Below, in pieces: positions 10,801-19,218 of a stretch of DNA of 64,000 nt. Location: IMG/VR virus record IMGVR_UViG_3300021963_006795. One strand, 5' to 3'. Numbering within the stretch: position 1 is the first letter of the stretch; each line of letters starts with the position of its first letter. The notes under the pieces are model-generated. The model was given only the letters and a program-made list of their open reading frames with translations. It was not told where the DNA came from and made no database searches. A program made the translations under genes and the position numbers. This stretch comes from an uncultured virus (IMG/VR IMGVR_UViG_3300021963_006795). Lineage: Duplodnaviria; Heunggongvirae; Uroviricota; Caudoviricetes.

Positions 10801-13405
10801 GAACTTCCGTTCTTATAATTGCACTTGAATCACCTTGATACCATTGTGCATCAGCAATAAACTTGAAATTTCTAAATTCAGTTGAATTATTAAATTGTTC
10901 TGTAGTAAAACTTTGGTACTTATCAACTTCATCGTCACTTAATCCATCAATATTATTAGATTCTTGAATAATAAATCCTTCTACTGGTGGTCTAGATGTA
11001 ATAGTCGAATCTCTAGGAATTACATATCTTAACTTATATAAAGTATCTTCTGCAGATCTATCATCTGGTTTTCTTTCAACGAAGGTTCTAGAAGTTGCTT
11101 CTCCTAAACTATTTACTCCTAGTTGTCGAATCTGGGTATAAATTTCATTATCATTAAGGTCAACATTAATATACCAATTTCCTCTTACTTCATCATATTG
11201 TATTGGATGACCTATATCTCCAGATATTTTATCAGTTACTCTACTTACTACTCTTAAAGTACTTCCACCATTATTCATATTGATGTATATATCATTAGAA
11301 GCATCATTAAGAGTTGCTGCTAATTTTATTTGATTATTTGATAAAACAATATTTGGAGGAATAGATTCTGTAATTGCATAATAAATTCTATCTGGTTCCA
11401 ATCCATCAGGAAGACTTCCATCAGAACTAATAATTCTTACTGTTTCTCCATTAATAAAATCATGGTTTTCTTCCAAAGATAATATTGAATTTGTAATATT
11501 ATTAACACCAGCAATTCTACCTACCTTTGAAACTTTTTCTTTTGTATCTTTTGGGTTACCAGAAGCTGGTTCCATAAAGATTTTTGTTGCATATGTAATA
11601 GTTTGATTATTTTTAGAAATTAAAAGTTTTAAATAATCATTTTCTTTAGCACCAATTCGATATCCATCAATTATAGAATCTGGAACGGTATCAGCATTAG
11701 TTTCACCATAAAGATATAATTTTGTGGTTGTTGCCGCACCAACAGAAGATGCTGTTGTAATACCAACATCAATGCTTAGAAACTCAATTGAAGTGTTTTG
11801 AGTTTCTAATTCTCTAGGTACAATAATATGTGAAATATATCCTACATCGTCTCTTGGAAAAGCATCTTTTCTAAATCCTGAAGATACTAGAGATTTAGCA
11901 CCAAAGTTTGAGTTAGAGTTGGTAATAGATGCATCTCCACCAGTATCGCAGTGGAAATGATATGTAAATCCAATTGCGAATACTGAAACAATTTGTAGGA
12001 GTGCGTTATTACTACACTTAATATGATAGTTACTATATTCTGGTTTATGAATTGCTCTTGAATTTGAATGAAGATTTTCATTTCCTGAAGATGTTTTATC
12101 TTCATATAATCCAGTTTCTTCATTATATTTTACGAAAGCATTATCATCTTTTTGTAGTCCAATACCAGTAAATTGCGCGACAACCATTGATTTAAATCCT
12201 GTCGCTTTATCTCCATCAGCGTGCATACCGCACATGCCGAATACTGAACGAAGAGAGATATTAAAGATATATGGTGATGCTGATGATACAGTATCTACAG
12301 AAATATTAAGAGTTACTCCGGCAATAGTTGGTAAAGGATTTGTTGGAGGTACAGATACTTTGTATGTAATCTCCGTTGGTGATAAAAAGTCAAATACAAC
12401 ATATTGACCATCATATCCATCTGCAGATACACCAGAAATTCTAATAGGTGTATTTACATCAAGACCTTCTAATTCATTTTCTAGAGTAGCAGTAATAGTA
12501 GTTGAAGATAAAACTCCATCTCCAGCACGAATACTAGTAATTCCTACCTCAGCACCAATTGATCCTACAATTCTGTACTCATCAACTTTTGGTTCAATAT
12601 CGACATTACTTGGATAATCTGGAAAAATATTTCTTCCGCTAGAAGATCCAAATGCAAGACCAATTTTCTCATAATACATTTCAAGATCAGTTCTTGTTGT
12701 ACTATAAGTTAAGAAGTCATCATTAATTAATACTGGATTTACGCCATCAGCATATTCAAAACAGGTTAATTTATGGTGAGAAAAATTAGGAACAAATGTA
12801 TTTGTTGTATAGTCTTTATATGCAATGCTATTAAGATCTGCATCAAAAATTGAAAATTGCCAAAAATAACATGCACCAGTTACTCTAAAGATTGCAGAAC
12901 TTTCAATATTATCATTTTCTGGATTTGGAACATACTTAGGAATAATTTTAGTTTTTCTTAGATCTAGACCAACAATTGAAGTACCTCTTGGAACAATGAC
13001 ACCGCCACGAATACTATTAAGTTTGTATAAATCATTGTTTGGATTTGAAAGGTTAAAGTTTGATCTAATATCAAACTGAGTAAAACTTGTACTCGTAGTA
13101 CCAGATCTTAATCTGAATGTGTTTGGAACATCATCATGAATAGGAATCCATCCAGGTCTATTATCTACAATATGCTCTCCTGGATATAGAAGAATTGTTG
13201 TCTTTCCAAATCTATCGTTATTTTCTCCTGACTGATATGAGAATCTTGCTGCCTCAATCAGTGCTCTTTGAATAGTTTTAAAAGGTCTAGCAAGTGAATT
13301 ACCAGTATTTTCAATACTATCGGTAGAATCTAAACTAGAAGGATCAACATAAATTAGTTCTCCTTTTGTACTCTTCAGAAAATTATCTAAGCGGCTGAGA
13401 CCCAT
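7862..13405 (-). CDS. Large virion structural protein of cyanomyovirus type
   Basis: 1847 aa; N-terminus MGLSRLDNFLK...PFKTIQRALIEAARFSY recalls this family; ATAAATA late promoter motif upstream (~13435-13441). Confidence 0.7.
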   Translation of the reverse strand: MGLSRLDNFLKSTKGELIYVDPSSLDSTDSIENTGNSLARPFKTIQRALIEAARFSYQSGENNDRFGKTTILLYPGEHIVDNRPGWIPIHDDVPNTFRLRSGTTSTSFTQFDIRSNFNLSNPNNDLYKLNSIRGGVIVPRGTSIVGLDLRKTKIIPKYVPNPENDNIESSAIFRVTGACYFWQFSIFDADLNSIAYKDYTTNTFVPNFSHHKLTCFEYADGVNPVLINDDFLTYSTTRTDLEMYYEKIGLAFGSSSGRNIFPDYPSNVDIEPKVDEYRIVGSIGAEVGITSIRAGDGVLSSTTITATLENELEGLDVNTPIRISGVSADGYDGQYVVFDFLSPTEITYKVSVPPTNPLPTIAGVTLNISVDTVSSASPYIFNISLRSVFGMCGMHADGDKATGFKSMVVAQFTGIGLQKDDNAFVKYNEETGLYEDKTSSGNENLHSNSRAIHKPEYSNYHIKCSNNALLQIVSVFAIGFTYHFHCDTGGDASITNSNSNFGAKSLVSSGFRKDAFPRDDVGYISHIIVPRELETQNTSIEFLSIDVGITTASSVGAATTTKLYLYGETNADTVPDSIIDGYRIGAKENDYLKLLISKNNQTITYATKIFMEPASGNPKDTKEKVSKVGRIAGVNNITNSILSLEENHDFINGETVRIISSDGSLPDGLEPDRIYYAITESIPPNIVLSNNQIKLAATLNDASNDIYINMNNGGSTLRVVSRVTDKISGDIGHPIQYDEVRGNWYINVDLNDNEIYTQIRQLGVNSLGEATSRTFVERKPDDRSAEDTLYKLRYVIPRDSTITSRPPVEGFIIQESNNIDGLSDDEVDKYQSFTTEQFNNSTEFRNFKFIADAQWYQGDSSAIIRTEVPHNLSIGSQVEISNVISGFNTTGNPKLGFNGEFFVSDVINRKEFKIPLEINPGEFQSDTSNRTQSLPKLKRKKYSVPYIVYKSKEIQEYIKNEQDGIYHLIVYNSGNNPSQNPFTEFKFSQPIENLYPQYDRDNPDSDPQPTNSFALSNPIGKVVVNNPEYSLTKETLLKGLNDFNIGIAITDIQSNTTTNATTHTIYTDIEHGLNRLVEVSIVQPGLNYGSGIGVTEYLYNAQLVAYENTITGQNATANIRISPSGAIEDIKIVDGGTAYGIGNSMYVVGVSTISGHTVGIVSVTKIYDNNSDTLTISNTSSEEYNYDGIYKISNITVGNTKELIVQSSSAIGIASTSGIGADATSNSVAFLEGKSHTITNVSYNNQTGIATFSLFNRHGLRVNDKILIDGITGVGTLYNGYHIIKQLTPNLTELVVNVGTSTQTPTLGGSPTLYPTGYTSKSGNITLDNESITSRIRAPYDNYTSDLIFQVTRTTDEVSIRNVQDSDLKIGDYLEIDNEIMRVKETVSGNPVKVFRGLLGTRAVPHVNNSVVRRIKPVPTEFRRHSIIRASGHTFEYLGFGPGNYSTAFPDRHDRQITADEEVISQSFSYDGGFIVYTGMNSDGDFYISNKRKVSTNGEEEVFSTPYPTFRGETQKIDSTRLGENIILSSEVNVSNAIRVDGGSNRNIVSKFDGPILFNNKITSTSNKGIEASSIYLQGNEIVSRQYTVGITQPQNAVRLIGKQAGNPGDIIFNGNPVKSQNVGWVYTTDNDWYPFGGISNKTDIFELSGFFIGTFTGDGAGLFNVSDIWGIDSVGIHTTTPVGFATYSAKAGVAMYCAGNAEIVGTMKVFEIIENTTIDNTVGRVGSGTTIDLNLDASSIYYFTQPAVGNWTVNFRANVGTALTNFLNVGDSLTVAMNTTQGSTAYYNNVVKIDGVQVTPRYYGSLTINSGNPNSLDLYTYVIVRIQSTGDPTSDFTILYSQSQYK

Positions 13406-13445
13406 CTTATTACTCTATAAATTTCTATATGTTTTATTTATCAAC

Positions 13446-13474
13446 AAGAAAACCCCCGATTTCTCGGAGGTTTC
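13446..13474 (-). terminator. Intrinsic terminator
   Basis: AACCTCCGA-gaaa-TCGGGGGTT followed by TTCTTG on the minus strand. Confidence 0.7.
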
Positions 13475-13507
13475 AAGTCACACGGAAGGAGTTTCGCCAT
13501 TATTATA

Positions 13508-14116
13508 TTACCACTTTTCTTCCTTCCATGTCAAGCGTTTTTTAAGTTCTTTATCAAAAATCATTAAATATCTATGTTTTCTACTACGCTCTCTCCATTC
13601 ACCTTTTTGACCTTTTACAGAACCTCTTGAATGTTTTGTTCCATCAGCATAATAAAAATCTTTCTTAGGGTTAGTTAGACCGTAGTAAGTAAAATTACAA
13701 GCTCTGTATATAACTCCAGTGTGGTGATTAGCATCAGCGTAACTAAGAATAGCACGAACGCGGGCATCTGTTTTAAATCTCCGAATGCAACGACTGACAA
13801 ACCAAGATGTAATATTATGTTCCTCTTTTTGTAGTTTTGGATGAACACAAAGTCTGGATAATTCGTATATTCCCTCTTGCTGGTTTCTTTCTAAACCAAA
13901 TGCTCCAACTGCTATTTCTGGGACTGGTATCCCAGTAAAGACACAAGCGCCCAAGCAGCCGCCAATCCTAAGAATATCAGAAACCGAGGATCTGAAAAGC
14001 CCATAGTTAAAACCAGATTTAAAATCTTTTGATTCGTCTTTAAGATAATGATAGGTATAAAGAAGATCTTTAATTTCTTCCTTACCTACCTTATCTATAT
14101 AAAAATCTGATTTCAT
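13508..14116 (-). CDS. Mom-like GNAT DNA-modification protein
   Basis: HYL, ELSRLC, SWFVSRC, ILSYAD and GVIYRACNF motifs typical of the Mu Mom family. Confidence 0.75.
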   Translation of the reverse strand: MKSDFYIDKVGKEEIKDLLYTYHYLKDESKDFKSGFNYGLFRSSVSDILRIGGCLGACVFTGIPVPEIAVGAFGLERNQQEGIYELSRLCVHPKLQKEEHNITSWFVSRCIRRFKTDARVRAILSYADANHHTGVIYRACNFTYYGLTNPKKDFYYADGTKHSRGSVKGQKGEWRERSRKHRYLMIFDKELKKRLTWKEEKW

Positions 14117-14126
14117 TTAAGTATTT

Positions 14127-14315
14127 TTACTCACTTTGTTTGCATTTTAACATATATTCTACAGTATTTGCTACATCATTCATAGCGTCACGAAGAAAAG
14201 GATGTTGTCCCGATTCCTGATGAATAATTGGGCGAGAATCCTCAGTAAGAATCCAACGCCACTGCTTCATAGATTCGCAGTACCAAAGATTAATTTTCAT
14301 GTTTTTGATATTCAA
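14127..14315 (-). CDS. Hypothetical protein
   Basis: ORF; likely start MKINLWYC; packed with neighbours. Confidence 0.55.
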   Translation of the reverse strand: MNIKNMKINLWYCESMKQWRWILTEDSRPIIHQESGQHPFLRDAMNDVANTVEYMLKCKQSE

Positions 14316-14496
14316 GTTTTACCCAATTAATAAGAGCGTTCAATTCCATAATAAAAGACTCATTTATTTCAATATCAGGAAGATCAAATGTTGATTGCAA
14401 TTCATCATAAGATTCTTTTGTTTTAAAGGTATGGTTTCGATAGAATTCTAGTGCTTCAATTGCAAGTTTTCTATCTTTTTGTGAAATAAGTGACAT
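14290..14496 (-). CDS. Hypothetical protein
   Basis: 68-aa ORF, overlap-coupled to upstream gene. Confidence 0.6.
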   Translation of the reverse strand: MSLISQKDRKLAIEALEFYRNHTFKTKESYDELQSTFDLPDIEINESFIMELNALINWVKLEYQKHEN

Positions 14497-14747
14497 TAGA
14501 AAAACCAGATCTGTATTAGTTTAACAACTTCAACAATAGCAAAAAACGCACGAATAGTCAACATGTCATAAACTCTCATTTTTTGAAAATGAGGCCATGA
14601 CATAATGTTTCCAATCATTCTACAGTAAATGCCAATCTCAACATTAGTAAAAAGAATAATAATATAACCAACAACAAACATCATGTTGCCAATTACTCTC
14701 AACCAACTTAGTATTGGATAATTTGGATCAATAAATCTGTAATTCAT
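14496..14747 (-). CDS. Small membrane protein
   Basis: 83 aa with hydrophobic segments. Confidence 0.55.
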   Translation of the reverse strand: MNYRFIDPNYPILSWLRVIGNMMFVVGYIIILFTNVEIGIYCRMIGNIMSWPHFQKMRVYDMLTIRAFFAIVEVVKLIQIWFF

Positions 14748-14762
14748 ATTTTAAAATAAGTA

Positions 14763-14834
14763 AGCCCCCGACAAGATTTGAACTTGCGACCAACGGTTTA
14801 CAAAACCGTTGCTCTACCACTGAGCTACAAGGGC
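14763..14834 (-). tRNA. tRNA-Thr(UGU)
   Basis: Cloverleaf GCCCTTG...TAGCTCAGTGGTAGAGC, anticodon loop TT-TGT-AA, GTTCAAATC T-loop. Confidence 0.92.
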
Positions 14835-14835
14835 A

Positions 14836-15105
14836 TTAATCGGCAGGTAACATTTCTGGATTTTCCAGTTCCAATTCATACAAGAATGGATGACATTCTT
14901 CAAGCATTAAGTAGTATGATCCTTGATAAAGGTCTTCAGGTTCAAATCGTCTTTCGTTGTCTGCTAATTTTATTAACTCCAGGTCAAATAAAGATTCGTC
15001 TGGTAGTTCATCAAAAGTAAAAGGAACCTGATTTATAAAGTACATCAGAACAATCATTGTTCCTCTATTGTACCAACAATATTTGGCATCAATTCTGTAC
15101 TTCAT
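14836..15105 (-). CDS. Hypothetical protein
   Basis: 89-aa ORF between two tRNAs. Confidence 0.65.
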   Translation of the reverse strand: MKYRIDAKYCWYNRGTMIVLMYFINQVPFTFDELPDESLFDLELIKLADNERRFEPEDLYQGSYYLMLEECHPFLYELELENPEMLPAD

Positions 15106-15150
15106 AGGATGGTTCCTATTACTTTTGTATATTTAGAGTAAAACTCTAAG

Positions 15151-15233
15151 TAGGACGAGAGGGACTTGAACCCTCAAGGGCGATGCCCGACAGATTTTAA
15201 GTCTGTTGTGTATACCAATTCCACCACCGTCCC
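15151..15233 (-). tRNA. tRNA-Leu(UAA)
   Basis: GGGACGG...GGAATTGGTATACAC, anticodon loop CT-TAA-AA, long variable arm, GTTCAAGTC. Confidence 0.92.
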
Positions 15234-15277
15234 AGGAATAAATAAATTATAACATAAAAGAAATAATAAGTAAAGTC

Positions 15278-15514
15278 ATGAAATCTTACTATCAATTTAT
15301 AGAAAATATAAATGATGCAAGAGTTGCTGCATTAGAGAAGCAGAAAGATGCTCAAGCAAAAATGCAGCAAAGATCTGACGAGTATGAACTAAATCAAAAA
15401 GAAAAGAAAAACGCTGAAAATGATAAAGCAGAACTAAAATATGAAATTAAAAATGATAAAGAAGAATTAAAATATGAAATTAAAAGAGAACTTAAAAGAG
15501 AATTAGGTCTCTGA
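15278..15514 (+). CDS. Small charged protein, possible internal head protein
   Basis: N-terminus MKSYYQFIE resembles the T4 capsid-targeting sequence; ATAAATA upstream; 11-aa tandem repeat. Confidence 0.55.
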   Translation: MKSYYQFIENINDARVAALEKQKDAQAKMQQRSDEYELNQKEKKNAENDKAELKYEIKNDKEELKYEIKRELKRELGL

Positions 15515-15661
15515 TTTATAAGTCGGAGGATTTAGACGACAATACTCATTAAAAGTAATTTTCATCTCTTTCCAAGTTAATCCACAATTTTCAGCTGCTG
15601 TAGGAACATTCCACTTTGCAGTGAAAAGCATTTCCATCGATTTCCTAGTTTCAGGTCTCAT
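15503..15661 (-). CDS. Small hypothetical protein (52 aa, MRPETRKSMEMLFTAKWNVPTAA...)
   Basis: Manual translation; ATGA overlap with the upstream ORF. Confidence 0.6.
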   Translation of the reverse strand: MRPETRKSMEMLFTAKWNVPTAAENCGLTWKEMKITFNEYCRLNPPTYKSET

Positions 15662-15918
15662 GATTTTTTTTCTTTTTTAGAATCTGAAAGTCCTTTAATT
15701 GAAGAAATAATTAGCATATTTGAAAGTAGATACCAAACACCTTCAAATCCAACATTCATTCGGTGACGAATTTCAGCATGTTGTGCTCCAGCAGCAACTG
15801 CTTGCTCAAGAGCAATATAGTCTTTTACAGACCATACACCAAAATAAACAGAAAACGCTAGTCCTTGAACAATTGCGAGACTGTAAATTAGTTTTTTCAT
15901 AACAAAAGAGTTTTTCAA
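15658..15918 (-). CDS. Small two-TM membrane protein
   Basis: Two hydrophobic segments; true start probably MKKLIY. Confidence 0.55.
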   Translation of the reverse strand: MKNSFVMKKLIYSLAIVQGLAFSVYFGVWSVKDYIALEQAVAAGAQHAEIRHRMNVGFEGVWYLLSNMLIISSIKGLSDSKKEKKS

Positions 15919-16009
15919 AAAAGTAATAGGGCAAAAAATTTGCCGGAGTTTTTTTCGACCAAAAATGAAATTAAAGGTCGATTTTGGTATAGGGTAATTT
16001 ATTTACCCA

Positions 16010-16082
16010 TGCTCCTTGCGTGGATCGAACACGCCTCAGGCGAATTATGAGTTCGCTGCATTCACCAGATTGCTAAAGGAGC
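16010..16082 (-). tRNA. tRNA with CAU anticodon (elongator Met; Ile2 not excluded)
   Basis: GCTCCTT/AAGGAGC acceptor stem, loop CT-CAT-AA, GTTCGATCC; no initiator GGG/CCC anticodon stem. Confidence 0.85.
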
Positions 16083-16086
16083 GAGG

Positions 16087-16158
16087 TAGGAGTACTGGGA
16101 GTTGAACCCAGACTACCCCGTTATAAGCAGGGCGCTCTAACCATTAAGCTATACTCCC
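16087..16158 (-). tRNA. tRNA-Ile(UAU)
   Basis: GGGAGTA/TACTCCT acceptor, TAGCTTAATGGTTAGAGC D-arm, loop CT-TAT-AA, GTTCAACTC. Confidence 0.88.
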
Positions 16159-16168
16159 AAGAAAAGTT

Positions 16169-16636
16169 TCACGAAACCTTGTGAAACTTATAGATGTTTT
16201 TTGATCCCCAAACTAGGGTATCACCTAACCATCCTTGATCCATACTGCTATAAGTCTTTCCATTAAATGAAACATGACTTTTAACAGTAGCACTTCTTAC
16301 CATACAGTCGTTACCAATGATAGCACCTTCATAGGAATTGTCAACTAGTTCAAAGATCATGTCGCAACACTGATTGTGTGTTTGAAAGTTCTCTGACCAG
16401 TTCTCAACTATAATAGCACTGGTCTCGGGATTTGTCAAGACTCTGTGCCATCGCTCTCGGTAAGGTTTTGATTCTCCCTCATGAACATACCATTGTTTGA
16501 TCTTGAGTTCGTTCTCACCGAGGCGATCCCATCTTAGCATAACATGGGAGAAAATTCTAGGGTTGCTTGACGCCTGTTGCCAATTGTCATACTTCCCCTG
16601 AAGTAGATTGCAAAACTCGATTACTCTTTGATCCAT
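16169..16636 (-). CDS. cpeT: CpcT/CpeT-family phycobilin lyase
   Basis: GxYDNWQQA, PYRERWH, CDMIF, SMDQG..VWGS motifs. Confidence 0.85.
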   Translation of the reverse strand: MDQRVIEFCNLLQGKYDNWQQASSNPRIFSHVMLRWDRLGENELKIKQWYVHEGESKPYRERWHRVLTNPETSAIIVENWSENFQTHNQCCDMIFELVDNSYEGAIIGNDCMVRSATVKSHVSFNGKTYSSMDQGWLGDTLVWGSKNIYKFHKVS

Positions 16637-16741
16637 TGTTGCTCAATAATTCTACAAGGTCTTTAGAAAATTGTTCATCTTCTTCAATAAATTCGTAAAA
16701 ATTTTGAATCTCTTTATATAGAGATGGATCGTAATTTGTCA

Positions 16742-16957
16742 TCATGCAAAAACAGGATCAACATAAATTACTTCTCCACCTAGGAGATCTTCTTCATCAA
16801 CATCCCTAATATATGAAAGGACATTCATGAACTCGTCTAGTGTATCACACTCAATAGTTTTGTGTGTCCCTAAATTTGAGTAGAGATTGATAGTTTTCCT
16901 ACAAGGATCTACAACACATCTAGAAACATACTCCTCATTTTCTTTGTATTCGGGCAT
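16742..16957 (-). CDS. Hypothetical protein
   Basis: 71-aa ORF directly behind a sigma70-like promoter. Confidence 0.65.
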   Translation of the reverse strand: MPEYKENEEYVSRCVVDPCRKTINLYSNLGTHKTIECDTLDEFMNVLSYIRDVDEEDLLGGEVIYVDPVFA

Positions 16958-16981
16958 AGGTGCTTCTTTTTGTACCTACCT

Positions 16982-17010
16982 AAGATAGCACCCATGGCGA
17001 GCGGTGTCAA
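16982..17010 (-). promoter_or_regulatory. sigma70-type promoter
   Basis: TTGACA-17 nt-TATCTT with extended TG; the -35 overlaps the upstream TGA stop. Confidence 0.65.
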
Positions 17011-17756
17011 CCCTCCCACTTGGGATTCCGTCTATCGTAGTCCCAACCACCGATCAAGAAGTTTTTATTTCCATCAGGATAATCGTCTGGAGTATCCCCC
17101 TCATAAACAACATGAAGTTTTTCTTCATGATCCATGGGATTCAACCATCTTGCTGCCCAAACTTCATAAAAACAATTAATATTTGCTCCAACTCCAGAGC
17201 GAATAATAATATTTTTACCCCATTCAATCCTATCAACAATCAAATCTTGAGAATAACCAATTTGAGTTAATGTTACTGTAATTGTTTCTGGATCAACTAG
17301 TCCATCCCAATACTCAGGAAGTTCAATTACATTTTTATCCTTCAGTTTTCCTCTAATGTAAATTCCTGGTTCTGGTCCTTCAGCAACAATGTGTCTAATT
17401 CTCTTTGTATTATCTTTTACATGTTGAATATCAAACGCAGCAAGAGTTTTGTTTCCACTTGCTACTCCATTTAAACTTCCAACAAAAGTAGGAGCGGTAA
17501 CATTTCCACCAGCAACAACTGTAGAATCAATTTGAAGTGCTGCAAATCTACCATTTACTTGAAGGAATGATGGGCAAGCTTCTATTGGATAGTCACTATC
17601 TCCCGTTGTTGATCTGCGAATGTAATCAAATCCTGGATAGGGAGTTCCAGTTATAGTTCCTTGACAATCTCTAGTTCCTCTTGGTTTTGGTATAAATTCT
17701 GGAGTAAGAGATGATCCTACAGATACTTGTGGTTCTCCTTGCGGTGTTTGCGACAT
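17007..17756 (-). CDS. Baseplate/spike-associated protein, paralog of 17759-18571
   Basis: Shared C-terminal domain FDI.H...RxRH...EGP...YxRG...LPxYW..LVD...ITVxLT.IG. Confidence 0.6.
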   Translation of the reverse strand: MSQTPQGEPQVSVGSSLTPEFIPKPRGTRDCQGTITGTPYPGFDYIRRSTTGDSDYPIEACPSFLQVNGRFAALQIDSTVVAGGNVTAPTFVGSLNGVASGNKTLAAFDIQHVKDNTKRIRHIVAEGPEPGIYIRGKLKDKNVIELPEYWDGLVDPETITVTLTQIGYSQDLIVDRIEWGKNIIIRSGVGANINCFYEVWAARWLNPMDHEEKLHVVYEGDTPDDYPDGNKNFLIGGWDYDRRNPKWEG

Positions 17757-17758
17757 AA

Positions 17759-18571
17759 TTAATTCTCCTTAACATCATAGTGATAACCTGAAACAGAATA
17801 TTCTGAATTATTTCCTGGATAATCAGCAGGTGAAGTTCCTTTATATTCTGGTATTAATTTTTCTCCATCTTTTCTTTCTCCATAGATGTGATAGAAACAA
17901 TCTATGGGCATACCACCTTTTGCTTGTAGGTATATTTTTTCTTCATCAATTCTTTTGATGATTACATCTTGGTGTGCTCCAATTGGTGTTAGATTTACTG
18001 TTATTGATCTAATATCAACTAGATCTTTCCAATATGATGGCAAATCAATTTCTTTTTTATTAGTTACTCTTCCACGAACATAAACATCATTTGATGGTCC
18101 TTCAGGGCAAGTATGTCTTAGTCTCCATCCATCTTTTGATGGGTGTGGAATATCAAAATTTTTCTTTGCAGAAAGAATATGTCCTCCGCAACGAGACATT
18201 ACCTCACCTAACGCGATAATGTTTCCACCAGCATTAATATTCCCTCCATTAGTAATATTGACATTAACATCAAGATTATCCAAAATTGCTGCATCGCCTT
18301 GAACCGCTAAAGAATATGGACTATTATTCGTAGGAATACATGATGGAATTACTCCAGGAATAAATGGTGGTGGGGAATATGGATTTATTAGAGGTCCAAT
18401 CATTGTAGTTGCCCATATATTTGGAAACACTAAAGGATTTCCAAATATATGTGGACCTTCAAAGTACGATGCTCCAGGGATTTTTGCTGGACCTCTGCCC
18501 AAAATTTCTGGGTTTCCTATTCCAACAAATAATTGATGTTGAATCGCTAAATCGTCGAATGTAAATGCCAT
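17759..18571 (-). CDS. Baseplate/spike-associated protein, paralog of 17007-17756
   Basis: Same shared domain; lies downstream of the gp5-like gene. Confidence 0.6.
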   Translation of the reverse strand: MAFTFDDLAIQHQLFVGIGNPEILGRGPAKIPGASYFEGPHIFGNPLVFPNIWATTMIGPLINPYSPPPFIPGVIPSCIPTNNSPYSLAVQGDAAILDNLDVNVNITNGGNINAGGNIIALGEVMSRCGGHILSAKKNFDIPHPSKDGWRLRHTCPEGPSNDVYVRGRVTNKKEIDLPSYWKDLVDIRSITVNLTPIGAHQDVIIKRIDEEKIYLQAKGGMPIDCFYHIYGERKDGEKLIPEYKGTSPADYPGNNSEYSVSGYHYDVKEN

Positions 18572-18577
18572 AGTATG

Positions 18578-19195
18578 TTATGTAATATAACTTGAACCGA
18601 TATTATAAACTAGTGAAGATGCTTTATTAACTGGAGGTCTAATACCACCAGAAATTGGTGAACTAGCAGAAGTCAAACCTTCAACAAAGTTTGAAAGCAT
18701 TGTCAGGGAAGCATCTGCAACCATTTTAATACTGAATGGAGTCTGCATTGAAATGCCAACAGATGCTCTAAGATCAAAGTCTCCTGTTTTTATTTTTACA
18801 GAATTATTGGATTCTATATTTATTACTCCTCTTTTATTATCCTCTCCTTCTGCTCTAATGTCAATATCTTGTGCTTGTAATCTAATTCTTCCATTAGGTG
18901 CTTGAATTATAACATCTCCATTTTCTGCTCTCATAAAAATGGAGATGTCATCTGGTCTTCTATTATCACCACACTTTACTTGCCAAACTCCAGGACACCT
19001 AGTTGTAGTCCAACCAGGACGCTTTCCGTCCATATCCATTGTATAGTAATGAAGAGGATCCCATGCTTGAAGTTTAACACTAGATTTAGTATCTGCACCT
19101 AGTCCACCAAATCCTGCTAAATGGAGATGTCCAAATTGGATTTCTCCATACATATTGCCATATCCAACTTCTTCTTTTGACGATTTACCTGCCAT
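18578..19195 (-). CDS. Putative spike (gp5 C-terminal-like) protein
   Basis: Short beta-strand repeats (IFMRAENGDVIIQAPNGRIRLQAQDIDIRA); position after gp5-like gene. Confidence 0.45.
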   Translation of the reverse strand: MAGKSSKEEVGYGNMYGEIQFGHLHLAGFGGLGADTKSSVKLQAWDPLHYYTMDMDGKRPGWTTTRCPGVWQVKCGDNRRPDDISIFMRAENGDVIIQAPNGRIRLQAQDIDIRAEGEDNKRGVINIESNNSVKIKTGDFDLRASVGISMQTPFSIKMVADASLTMLSNFVEGLTSASSPISGGIRPPVNKASSLVYNIGSSYIT

Positions 19196-19218
19196 AATAT
19201 TTTATCAATATACAATAT

